From assembly GCA_044227505.1 (NCBI GenBank), contig JBGAWP010000004.1:17122-81121 (forward strand): a stretch of 64,000 nt of DNA, read 5' to 3'. The notes below the pieces were generated by a model that saw only the letters and a program-made list of their open reading frames with translations, searched no databases and was not told the origin of the DNA. Source of the stretch: Chitinophagales bacterium (GTDB lineage: Bacteria > Bacteroidota > Bacteroidia > Chitinophagales > BACL12). Positions within the stretch are counted from its first letter, which is position 1. Each line of letters opens with the position of its first letter. Shown here piece by piece: positions 50,885 to 58,711 of this stretch. The translations under genes and the position numbers were made by a program.

Positions 50885-51052
50885 TTCGATTGTGTTGATC
50901 GGTTACAGGGCTAAACAAGGGTATAAATTTACGATAACTTTACACAAATTTCCAAAAAGATGTATTTGAGACCACATAAATTTATCCACCGGACAGCTAT
51001 TGCATTTTATATAGTTACTACATTTACAGCTTGTTCAACTACAAATAATGTT

Positions 51053-51436
51053 ATGAAAAAAGTGATTTACACTCCAAACGCACCTGCCCCGATAGGTCCA
51101 TATTCTCAGGCTATTGAAGCAAACGGTTTTGTTTATGTTTCAGGACAAATTGCCATAGATCCAACTACAAATGAACTTTACACCGGCGCGGATATAAAAG
51201 TGGAAACAACCCAGGTGATGGAAAATTTGAAAGCAATAATTACGGCTGCAGATTGTGAAATGAAAGATGTTGTGAAGTGCACCATTTTTTTGAGAGATAT
51301 GGCTGATTTTGCTGAGGTAAATTCCGTTTATGCCGAATATTTTCCGGAATATGCACCGGCGCGTGAAACGGTTGCTGTTGTGGGGCTGCCTAAAAATGCG
51401 AGGGTGGAGATCAGTGCTGTGGTGGGGAAGAGGTGA
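51053..51436 (+). CDS. ridA: RidA family (YjgF/UK114) reactive-intermediate deaminase
   Basis: MKKVIYTPNAPAPIGPYSQAI.ANGFVYVSGQ start and a C-terminal PARETVAV..LPKNARVEI. I chose the internal ATG. The stop TGA is the first word of the GGTGAGT tract. Confidence 0.88.
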   Translation: MKKVIYTPNAPAPIGPYSQAIEANGFVYVSGQIAIDPTTNELYTGADIKVETTQVMENLKAIITAADCEMKDVVKCTIFLRDMADFAEVNSVYAEYFPEYAPARETVAVVGLPKNARVEISAVVGKR

Positions 51437-51896
51437 GTGGTGAAGGGTGAGTGGTGAGAATGCTTCTCGTAAGCCGAATATTTTTACACCTGACTAATGA
51501 CTCTTGACGGTGAATGGTGAGTAGTGAGTGGTGAGTGTGATCCCGATAGCCGGAAGCATTTATACCTGACCAATGACTCTTGACAAATGAGTAATGAGTT
51601 ATGAGTAATGAGTTTGAATCTGGTAAGCCGAATGGTTTTACTCCTGACGGTGAATGGTGAGTAGTGAATGGTGAGTGTGATCCCGATAGCCGAATGGTTT
51701 TACTCCTGACTAATGACTCTTGACTAATGAATAATGAGTTATGAGTAATGAGTTTGAACCTGGTAAGCCGAATGGTTTTACACCTGACTAATGACTCTTG
51801 ATGGTGAATGGTGAGTAGTGAGTGGTGAGAATGCTTCTCGTAAGCTGAATATTTTTACACCTGACTAATGACTCTTGACCAATGACTAATAACTCC
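51431..51896 (+). repeat. Array of six tandem composite heptamer-tract units (64-95 nt each) in the order A-B-C-B'-C'-A'
   Basis: Units are at 51431-51507, 51508-51583, 51584-51647, 51648-51723, 51724-51800 and 51801-51895. Each has a GGTGAGT or AATGAGT tract, then a core ending ..(T)AAGCCGAAT..TTTTAC(A/T)CCTGAC, then a TAATGAC TCTTGAC tract. Confidence 0.92.
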
Positions 51897-51965
51897 CGTC
51901 ATGCTAATGATAAATGCCGGTAAACAAGTTCACCGGCATTGTACATATAAACATAATCACAACAG

Positions 51966-52529
51966 TTATTTTGCATCTTTTGCCATTTCCTGGCAATGTT
52001 CTGCATGTGTCAGATGTTCGCGTAATTTTGGTAAGGTATTGTTTGCTAAAGTTTTAACCTCGGCATTTTCACAATCTTCCGCTGCTTTTTCAAAACTGTC
52101 AATGGCATCTTTATGATACTTTACCATTACGTCAGAATATTCCTTATCAAAGTCAGCGCCTTCTTTTTTGGAAAGATTTTCATACTTTCTTTGTGCTTCG
52201 TTTTCGGCATAGGTTGGAATGGATATACCCAATTTAGTAGCCAATGCAATTACTTCGGCATGCAGTTTTTTATGATCGTTAATAAACATGGTAGCCATGT
52301 CTTTTGTTTCCTGCATTGTTGCAGATGTTGCAGCCAGCTCAGACAAGTAAATGCCATCGAGATTCGTTTCAGCTGCAGCTCTTAAAAATTCTGCATCGGG
52401 ACCTTTATCATCTCGTTTTTCTTCTTTTGTTAAACCGTCGTCATTCATGTCGGACGTTTTTGAATTGTTACAAGAAATAATTACCAGTGCAAACACAGGT
52501 AACGCAAGAATTAAATTTTTCAATTTCAT
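51966..52529 (-). CDS. DUF4142-like (ferritin-like four-helix) lipoprotein
   Basis: Lipobox (VIISC). Two repeats of a ...A....A...(F)..DH.K....L motif. The family assignment is from memory. Confidence 0.7.
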   Translation of the reverse strand: MKLKNLILALPVFALVIISCNNSKTSDMNDDGLTKEEKRDDKGPDAEFLRAAAETNLDGIYLSELAATSATMQETKDMATMFINDHKKLHAEVIALATKLGISIPTYAENEAQRKYENLSKKEGADFDKEYSDVMVKYHKDAIDSFEKAAEDCENAEVKTLANNTLPKLREHLTHAEHCQEMAKDAK

Positions 52530-52559
52530 AACAGTAGTTTTTGTTTTTTTTTAAATAAA

Positions 52560-52775
52560 TTATAAATAGGATGATGGTATTAGTTTTTTGTATTCATCTA
52601 TTTGTAAAACAGAATCCTTATCTTTTTCATTTTCCAAACATTCTTGAAAATCATTATAGGAATACCATATTTCCCTGTTATAAAAAGAGAGAAAATGATG
52701 AGTTTCTGTGTTATAAAAAGCAAATGCTCGTTTATCTTCCATTAATTTATCTGATAAATCAATAAATTTTATCAT
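52560..52775 (-). CDS. Small hypothetical protein
   Basis: 71-aa ORF with no recognisable motif. Composition is plausible but support is weak. Confidence 0.3.
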   Translation of the reverse strand: MIKFIDLSDKLMEDKRAFAFYNTETHHFLSFYNREIWYSYNDFQECLENEKDKDSVLQIDEYKKLIPSSYL

Positions 52776-53154
52776 CCTGAACAGTTTTTATGTTCAGATA
52801 TTGCATTTATTATTCCAACTCATTGGAAAGCCAATAAACCACCAATAATATCGAAAAATGGGTTATTTTGCAGGATAATGCAATCTACAACTGTGGAAAA
52901 AAATACACAAATGAAATAGTATAAATCAAGAAATTTGTAATTATAAAGTGTATTTTATAAAATTTTATATTCGAGCTATGAGTTCAGGAATTAAGGATCA
53001 AAATCAATTGAATAAATTAAAAAAAAGTTTCGTTTGTAAAATTAAATTTCATAATTAGGAGATAATTAAGCATAAATGCCATGTCCTTAATTGCAATATG
53101 AAATAGAAAATATCTCATATAGGCTTTTAATGAATTAATTAAAAACATATTATT

Positions 53155-54078
53155 TCAATTAGTCATTGAAATTTTTGTATTTTCTTCCTTTCCAATTTTG
53201 GTCTTTTTCCCCGGATAATTCAACACATATATCCCCAATAAAATAAACAACATCCCGATCAAGTGATGGAAAAATAATTGTTCCCCATCTAAAAATCCTA
53301 TTATGATAGCCACAACAGGAATGAGATAGGTAACTAATGAGCCGAAAATGGCATCTGTGCGCTGCACTAATGCATAATATCCTATGGATGCTACCACAGT
53401 GCCGAAAAAGGAAAGTGCAATTATGCTGGATAAACTGATTCGAAAGAATTCATCGTTTGCATGCGACATAAAACCAGTGCTGAATAAATAAATAATTGCG
53501 GGAATACCGATAAAAGAAAATCCAACGGCTCCTAAAACCAGTGGATGTGCGGTTTGCAAATATCTTTTTACAAGATTTGCACTAGTTGCATAACTAATGG
53601 TAGCAACAAAAATGGGCAATGCAAATAATAAATTACTTTGGCCGCTTGCAGAATGATCAAATACTACCAAAACCACTGCACCCGCTAAAGCTATTATCAA
53701 TCCAAGTAATTTATTTTTTTCGAATTTCATTCCGAAAAGCAATACGCCAAGCACGAATGTAAATACCGGTGTTAGAGAATTTAATACACCGGTAATGCCG
53801 CTTTCAATATGCGTTTGTGAAAAAGTAAAACAAAAGGCAGGTAATCCGCTTCCGAAAAATCCAACCATGCAATAATATTTTATTTCACTTCTTTTTATTT
53901 TTTTGTAGTGAATGAAAATAAATGGAAGGGTTGCAATAAAAGAAAAAGAAATACGAATTGCAGCAACCTGATCCCAGCTAAAGGTTTTTAATCCATATTT
54001 CATAAAAATGAACGAAAATCCCCAAATCATGCTGAGAACGATGAGGAGGAGCCAGTTTTGGGTGGAATATTTTTGCAT
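53155..54078 (-). CDS. EamA/DMT-superfamily transporter
   Basis: Ten predicted transmembrane helices in two EamA-like halves. 307 aa. Confidence 0.85.
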   Translation of the reverse strand: MQKYSTQNWLLLIVLSMIWGFSFIFMKYGLKTFSWDQVAAIRISFSFIATLPFIFIHYKKIKRSEIKYYCMVGFFGSGLPAFCFTFSQTHIESGITGVLNSLTPVFTFVLGVLLFGMKFEKNKLLGLIIALAGAVVLVVFDHSASGQSNLLFALPIFVATISYATSANLVKRYLQTAHPLVLGAVGFSFIGIPAIIYLFSTGFMSHANDEFFRISLSSIIALSFFGTVVASIGYYALVQRTDAIFGSLVTYLIPVVAIIIGFLDGEQLFFHHLIGMLFILLGIYVLNYPGKKTKIGKEENTKISMTN

Positions 54079-54092
54079 TGGTGATTTTCTTC

Positions 54093-54640
54093 GATGAGTA
54101 ATGAGTTATGAGTAATGAGTTTAGCCCTGCACGGATCATACTCTTATTTCTACATGTTACATTTTTCTTTCCTGTACGACTAAAAATTTCAATCCAACGA
54201 TGGTCCCACTCATTACTCATTTAGTGAATGGTGAGTAGTGAGTGGTGAGCTTATTCCTGCATACATCAAACAATATTTACTGATTTTTACATTTTACTTT
54301 CCTGAATGAGTAATGAGTTATGAGTTATGAGTTTTAGCCCTGCTCGCATTATACTTTTATTTCTTCACATTATATTTTACTTTCCTGAAGGACTGAAATT
54401 ATCAATCCATCGTTTGACCCACTCATAACTCATTATTCATAACTCTTTGAATGAGTAATGAGTTTTAGCCCTGCTCGCATTATACTCTTATTTCTTCACA
54501 TTACATTTTCCTCTCCTGAAGGAATAAAATTACCAATCCTTCGAATAACCCTCTTCATTTTCCTTACATCACCTTCCTTCCTTTTTTCCCTTAGACCCTT
54601 CCCTTCGATTCTTCGAATCTTCTCCCTTCGATTCTTTGAT
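54093..54640 (+). repeat. Array of four elements, including ~130-140-nt MITE-like units whose terminal inverted repeats are ATGAGTAATGAG heptamer tracts
   Basis: Unit 54093-54220 runs GATGAGTAATGAGTTATGAGTAATGAG ... CACTCATTACTCAT. Unit 54305-54447 runs AATGAGTAATGAGTTATGAGTTATGAG ... CACTCATAACTCATTATTCATAACTC. The shared core TTTAGCCCTGC.CG.AT.ATACT.TTATTTCT.CACAT...ATTTT.CTTTCCTG occurs three times. Confidence 0.9.
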
Positions 54641-54644
54641 TGCC

Positions 54645-55637
54645 TCACCCATTCAATTCTTGCCAAATAACATCCTTCAATTTATCCAAATTCTTTCCTG
54701 TATGTGAGGAAATAAAGATCGGATCTAATTTTTTGGGTAATTCTTTTTTAAGCATTTTTTCCAATTCTGCATCTATAAGATCGCATTTTGTAATAGCGAG
54801 AATTATTTTTTTGGATAATAATTCTTTATTGTATTTTTTTAATTCGCTGAGCAGAATTTTATAGGTTGTTTTGATATCCTTATCCTCACAACTGATTAAA
54901 AATAACAAAGCGGAATTGCGTTCAATATGTTTTAAAAACCGAATTCCCAATCCTTTGCCTTCGCTAGCACCTTCAATTATTCCCGGAATATCCGCCATAA
55001 TAAATGATTTATGATCGCGGTAGGAAACAATACCCAAATTCGGCACCAGGGTGGTGAATGCGTAATCGGCAATTTCTGGTTTTGCAGCGGATAATACGGA
55101 TAATAAGGTAGATTTTCCGGCATTCGGGAAACCTACAAGTCCAACATCGGCTAAAACCTTTAATTCCAAAATTTTCCAGGCTTCAATTCCGGGTTCACCG
55201 GGTTGAGCATATTGAGGGGTTTGTTTTGTAGGGGATTTGAAATTATTATTTCCCAATCCGCCTCTGCCACCCGGAATCCAGATTATTTCCTGACCATCGT
55301 CTACAATTTCTGCCTCGATAGCACCGGTTTCAAAATCTTTGGCAACGGTTCCGAGTGGAACTTCCAATATAATATCCTCTCCTTCCTTTCCGGTTCTTAG
55401 TTGTCCAACCCCATAATCCCCTGATCTTGCAATTACGTGTTTGCGATATTTTAGATGTAAAAGCGTCCATAGTTGGGCATTACCCCTTAATATAATATGT
55501 CCTCCTCTACCCCCGTCACCGCCATCAGGCCCACCTTTCATGGTGTTTTTATCGCGGTGAAAGTGCACGCTTCCGGCGCCACCGTTACCGCTTTTGCAAT
55601 GTATTTTTACGTAATCAACAAAGTTTTGTTTTTCCAT
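54645..55637 (-). CDS. obgE: GTPase ObgE/CgtA
   Basis: N-terminal Obg fold with Gly-rich segments ([24 protein letters not shown]). G1 motif [10 protein letters not shown]3 motif DIPG. Confidence 0.93.
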   Translation of the reverse strand: MEKQNFVDYVKIHCKSGNGGAGSVHFHRDKNTMKGGPDGGDGGRGGHIILRGNAQLWTLLHLKYRKHVIARSGDYGVGQLRTGKEGEDIILEVPLGTVAKDFETGAIEAEIVDDGQEIIWIPGGRGGLGNNNFKSPTKQTPQYAQPGEPGIEAWKILELKVLADVGLVGFPNAGKSTLLSVLSAAKPEIADYAFTTLVPNLGIVSYRDHKSFIMADIPGIIEGASEGKGLGIRFLKHIERNSALLFLISCEDKDIKTTYKILLSELKKYNKELLSKKIILAITKCDLIDAELEKMLKKELPKKLDPIFISSHTGKNLDKLKDVIWQELNG

Positions 55638-55671
55638 TTTTGAGCAGGTTTTCCTGCTGTTTCCCTCTTAT

Positions 55672-56271
55672 TTAGCTATCTGAATGTTTTGACGCCACAG
55701 TATTTACCGCAGCTTTCAAAGCGTTAAAAATTGTATCAATACTACCAACTCCCTCAATCTCCATCAAAAGATCCTGATCTTTATAATATTCCGCCACAGG
55801 TTCGGTTTTGAGACGATATTCCTGAACACGTTTGCGTATGGTATCCACGTCCATATCATCTGTTCTTCCACTGGTCAATCCTCTGTTAAGTATGCGTTGC
55901 GTAAGTTCTTCCTCTTCCACAACAAGACTTAAAACACAACTTACACTCGTTCCTTTATCGAGCAACATGCTATCCAACGCTACTGCCTGCGCTTTAGTTC
56001 TGGGAAAACCATCGAAGATAATTCCGTGTTTTTGTTTGTTTCTGGCTTCTTCCACTGCTCCTCCCAACATTCCGATAACCACTTCATCAGGAACAAGTTT
56101 GCCTTCATCCATGAACTTTTTTGCTTCCATTCCCAGGCTGGTTCCCTCACTGATCTGATTGCGCAACAGGTCGCCGGTAGAGATATGCAACAAATTAAAA
56201 TGTTCCTTCAACTTCTCTGCCTGTGTGCCTTTCCCGCTTCCCGGAGGGCCAAATAGTATAATGTTTGTCAT
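55672..56271 (-). CDS. adk: Adenylate kinase
   Basis: P-loop GPPGSGKGTQ, then LHISTGDLLR and GFPRT. Confidence 0.93.
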   Translation of the reverse strand: MTNIILFGPPGSGKGTQAEKLKEHFNLLHISTGDLLRNQISEGTSLGMEAKKFMDEGKLVPDEVVIGMLGGAVEEARNKQKHGIIFDGFPRTKAQAVALDSMLLDKGTSVSCVLSLVVEEEELTQRILNRGLTSGRTDDMDVDTIRKRVQEYRLKTEPVAEYYKDQDLLMEIEGVGSIDTIFNALKAAVNTVASKHSDS

Positions 56272-56409
56272 TGAATAGTTTATTAAAAAGTATGCAAAGA
56301 TAACAGGCTTAGGCGGATTTGCCTTGATCTGACCCCCATATTTACACGTATATACATTGAACCTTTATGGTGTTAAAATGATTATTATTATTAAACTTAC
56401 CTTTGGGAT

Positions 56410-56706
56410 ATGACTTTATTGGAAAAGATTATGGAAACATTGCTGAAAAATAAACAATATCTCGCTTCTAAATATGGAGTAAGTAGTATCGGTTTATTCG
56501 GGGAATCGGTTACAGAAGATTTCCATTCAGGCAGTGAAATTGATATCATTGTAGACTTCAAAAAACCAATCGGTCTTGAAATAGTAGACCTCGGCGACGA
56601 ACTCGAAAAACTTCTAGGTCACAAAGTGGACCTTGTTTCAAAAAACGGTTTGGAAAAAGATTATTACAAAGTGTTTAGAAAGGAAATTTTGTATGTTGGA
56701 AAATGA
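56410..56706 (+). CDS. Minimal nucleotidyltransferase (MNT-type, antitoxin-like) domain protein
   Basis: 98 aa with GLFGESV...SGSEIDIIVDF (G-S ... D-x-D). Confidence 0.72.
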   Translation: MTLLEKIMETLLKNKQYLASKYGVSSIGLFGESVTEDFHSGSEIDIIVDFKKPIGLEIVDLGDELEKLLGHKVDLVSKNGLEKDYYKVFRKEILYVGK

Positions 56707-56712
56707 TGGCCA

Positions 56713-56877
56713 TTTGTTAATTTGGTAATCTGGTAATTTGTTAATTTGTTAATCCGTTAAGGCCGGCTGTTCCATTATCAATTATCAATTGTCAATTGTC
56801 AATTTTTCCCGGCTGTTCATCGGTACATTGGTACATCTTTTTTCATCGGTACATTATCATTATCCTATCATCATTCC
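56713..56877 (+). repeat. Composite tract region with different words: (TTTGTTAA/TCTGGTAA) x6, (ATTATCA/ATTGTCA) x4, (ATCGGTAC/ATTGGTAC), (ATTATC/ATCATC). Tracts are joined by the connectors GGCCGGCTGTTCC and TCCCGGCTGTTC.
   Basis: Periods of 7-8 nt are read directly. The right end encodes the last ~9 residues and the stop of the minus-strand gene 56843..57964. Confidence 0.88.
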
Positions 56878-57964
56878 TCTCCGGATTTCCTCTCCCGTCT
56901 TCATTGCTTGTGCTAAAAACAATACTACCATCTGGTGCATTAATAATATTTCTCAAGCGACCATAAATTTGTGGGAATAATTGTTTTTCATTTTTATTAA
57001 TGAGTACATGATTTTTGTCGACATCAAATTGTACCAATCTTTCTCCTCTTAAACAGGCAAATATTATACTGCCAACTTCCGTGTTCTGTTCATTAAAATC
57101 ATCCACATAAATAATTCCACCGGGCGCCCAGGTATCTTCGCCGCTGTGTGCAAATGGGAGAATTGTTCCGCTTGAGGTATTACCTCCAATTACTTTTGGC
57201 CAGCCGTAATTTTTTCCCTTTTCAATAATATTTACTTCATCGTGACAACACCATCCATTCAATTCACCGCTTGGTCCGTGTTCAGTTGCAAACATGGTTC
57301 CATCAGGAGTCCAGCATAATCCCTGCACATTGCGATGACCATAACTCCAGATATAATTTTTAAATGGATTATCTGCAGGAATATTTCCCTCTCTGTCCAT
57401 TCGCAATATTTTTCCCGCATTACTTGTAAGATCTTGTGCGGAATTAGGATCGCGTGCGTCACCGGTTCCAACGTATAAATATCCATCAGGCCCAAAACGC
57501 AATATTCCCCCATCGTGAAAAAACTTTTTTGGAATAGAATCCAACAGGATTTTATTTTCTGTTAAAATTTCATTTTCAAATTTCAACTGTACTACCCGGT
57601 TTCCTGAAGGCATTGTTTCATAAATAAAAATATAGTGATTTTTTTCAAAATCGGGATCCACAACCAAACCCAATAAACCACCTTCGGCTTTTGCACTAAT
57701 GTCGCGGGTCATCAACAATTTAACTTCCTTGGTTTTAAGATCTACCACTGAGATACGACCCGGACGTTCATTAAATACCAACCTGCCATCGGGTAGAAAG
57801 TCCATTCCCCAGGGCACCTCCAAATCCTGCGCCAACACCTCTGGATCCTTTGGCAACAGCACCTTCTGAGCATTAGGATTGGGTTTATTTTGCGAACTGC
57901 AATTAAACAGCAGCGTTACAGAGATACAAAGCAGGTAAACACTTAAATTTTTCATCATCATCAA
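56843..57964 (-). CDS. PQQ-dependent sugar dehydrogenase (soluble glucose/sorbosone dehydrogenase family) lipoprotein
   Basis: Lipobox (LFNCS). Motifs GLLGLVVDPDF and YGHRNVQGL.W.PDG.....EHGP. Six-bladed propeller length (373 aa). Confidence 0.86.
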   Translation of the reverse strand: MMMMKNLSVYLLCISVTLLFNCSSQNKPNPNAQKVLLPKDPEVLAQDLEVPWGMDFLPDGRLVFNERPGRISVVDLKTKEVKLLMTRDISAKAEGGLLGLVVDPDFEKNHYIFIYETMPSGNRVVQLKFENEILTENKILLDSIPKKFFHDGGILRFGPDGYLYVGTGDARDPNSAQDLTSNAGKILRMDREGNIPADNPFKNYIWSYGHRNVQGLCWTPDGTMFATEHGPSGELNGWCCHDEVNIIEKGKNYGWPKVIGGNTSSGTILPFAHSGEDTWAPGGIIYVDDFNEQNTEVGSIIFACLRGERLVQFDVDKNHVLINKNEKQLFPQIYGRLRNIINAPDGSIVFSTSNEDGRGNPERNDDRIMIMYR

Positions 57965-58024
57965 AATTAAAAATAGAAAACGGTTTGTTAAATTACATAC
58001 ATTTTATAACTTTATAGAATAATT

Positions 58025-58444
58025 ATGAAATTATTCAACATCATATTGGGATCAGTTATAGTATTTTTTATTGTAATGTTTCTGCGTTGCGAAAAGGTTA
58101 CAGAAATTACTGAACTTACGAAAAATACTGAAAGTTTACAAATTGTATTTTACAACGATTCCGTTCCAAATAAAATAGTAGAGATCACCGATAAAAATGA
58201 AATAAAAAAATTCGGGAAATTTATTTCCGACAAAGACACACCATTATACAAATGCAGTTATGATGGACAGATCATTTTTGTATTAAATAATGATGTTGCA
58301 ATTGGCAAAAAAAATACCATCACCATGGAATTTAATCTGCAGCCTGATTGCACACATGTTGCTTATATGTATGCGGAAGGATTGCGGACAAAAGAATTGA
58401 GTGAGGAGGGGGTGGAGTATTTGAAAAATGTGAATGGTGAGTAG
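58025..58444 (+). CDS. Hypothetical membrane-anchored/secreted protein
   Basis: N-terminal hydrophobic helix. 139 aa with no recognisable family. The stop TAG lies in a GGTGAGTAGTCAGTAG tract. Confidence 0.4.
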   Translation: MKLFNIILGSVIVFFIVMFLRCEKVTEITELTKNTESLQIVFYNDSVPNKIVEITDKNEIKKFGKFISDKDTPLYKCSYDGQIIFVLNNDVAIGKKNTITMEFNLQPDCTHVAYMYAEGLRTKELSEEGVEYLKNVNGE

Positions 58445-58711
58445 TCAGTAGTAAGGAAGCTCCGATTGGAACTTTAATCGCGATTCAACAAATGAGTAAT
58501 GAATAGATTCTCGTTAACCTGATAATTATACTCCTCCTTAATGATTCCTGACAGTAAGGTGAGTGGTGAATGGTTAGTGGTGAGTAAATCCTCGACGACC
58601 TGATTATACTACTCCTGACTAATGACTTCTGACAATTTACAAATGATAATTCACAATTTAAAAGTTTGTTACCGCTAAGCCGGATTCACGTCTCACGATT
58701 CACGACCCTCC
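58429..58711 (+). repeat. Composite heptamer-tract region with three units and a terminal TCACGTC TCACGAT TCACGAC tract
   Basis: Runs GTGAATGGTGAGTAGTCAGTAGTAAG..., then AAATGAGTAATGAATAG...TACTCCTCCTTAATGATTCCTGAC, then GGTGAGTGGTGAATGGTTAGTGGTGAG...CTACTCCTGACTAATGACTTCTGAC. It overlaps both flanking CDS ends. Confidence 0.88.

Noticed and set aside
50960-51052. A 31-codon extension of ridA that would add a hydrophobic, lipobox-like leader (..TTFTAC)
   Set aside because: RidA proteins are cytosolic and normally begin at the MKK..I.T..AP motif found at 51053. I kept the extension only as an unlikely alternative start.
51431-51896. Regularly spaced ~76-nt tandem units could be mistaken for a CRISPR array
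   Set aside because: The would-be spacers are themselves repeated (A-B-C-B-C-A). The units are made of heptamer tracts. There is no constant 25-40-nt repeat with unique spacers, and no cas genes are in the window.
53978-54864. ORFs 53978..54220, 54458..54670 and 54640..54864 in and around the 54-kb repeat array
   Set aside because: They are translations of repeat units, or antisense to the obg and EamA ends. They have no independent coding signal.
56410-56706. The MNT-type nucleotidyltransferase as half of a HEPN-MNT toxin-antitoxin (defence-like) module
   Set aside because: There is no HEPN-domain ORF adjacent on either side. Downstream sequence is a tract repeat, so at most this is an orphan or remnant.
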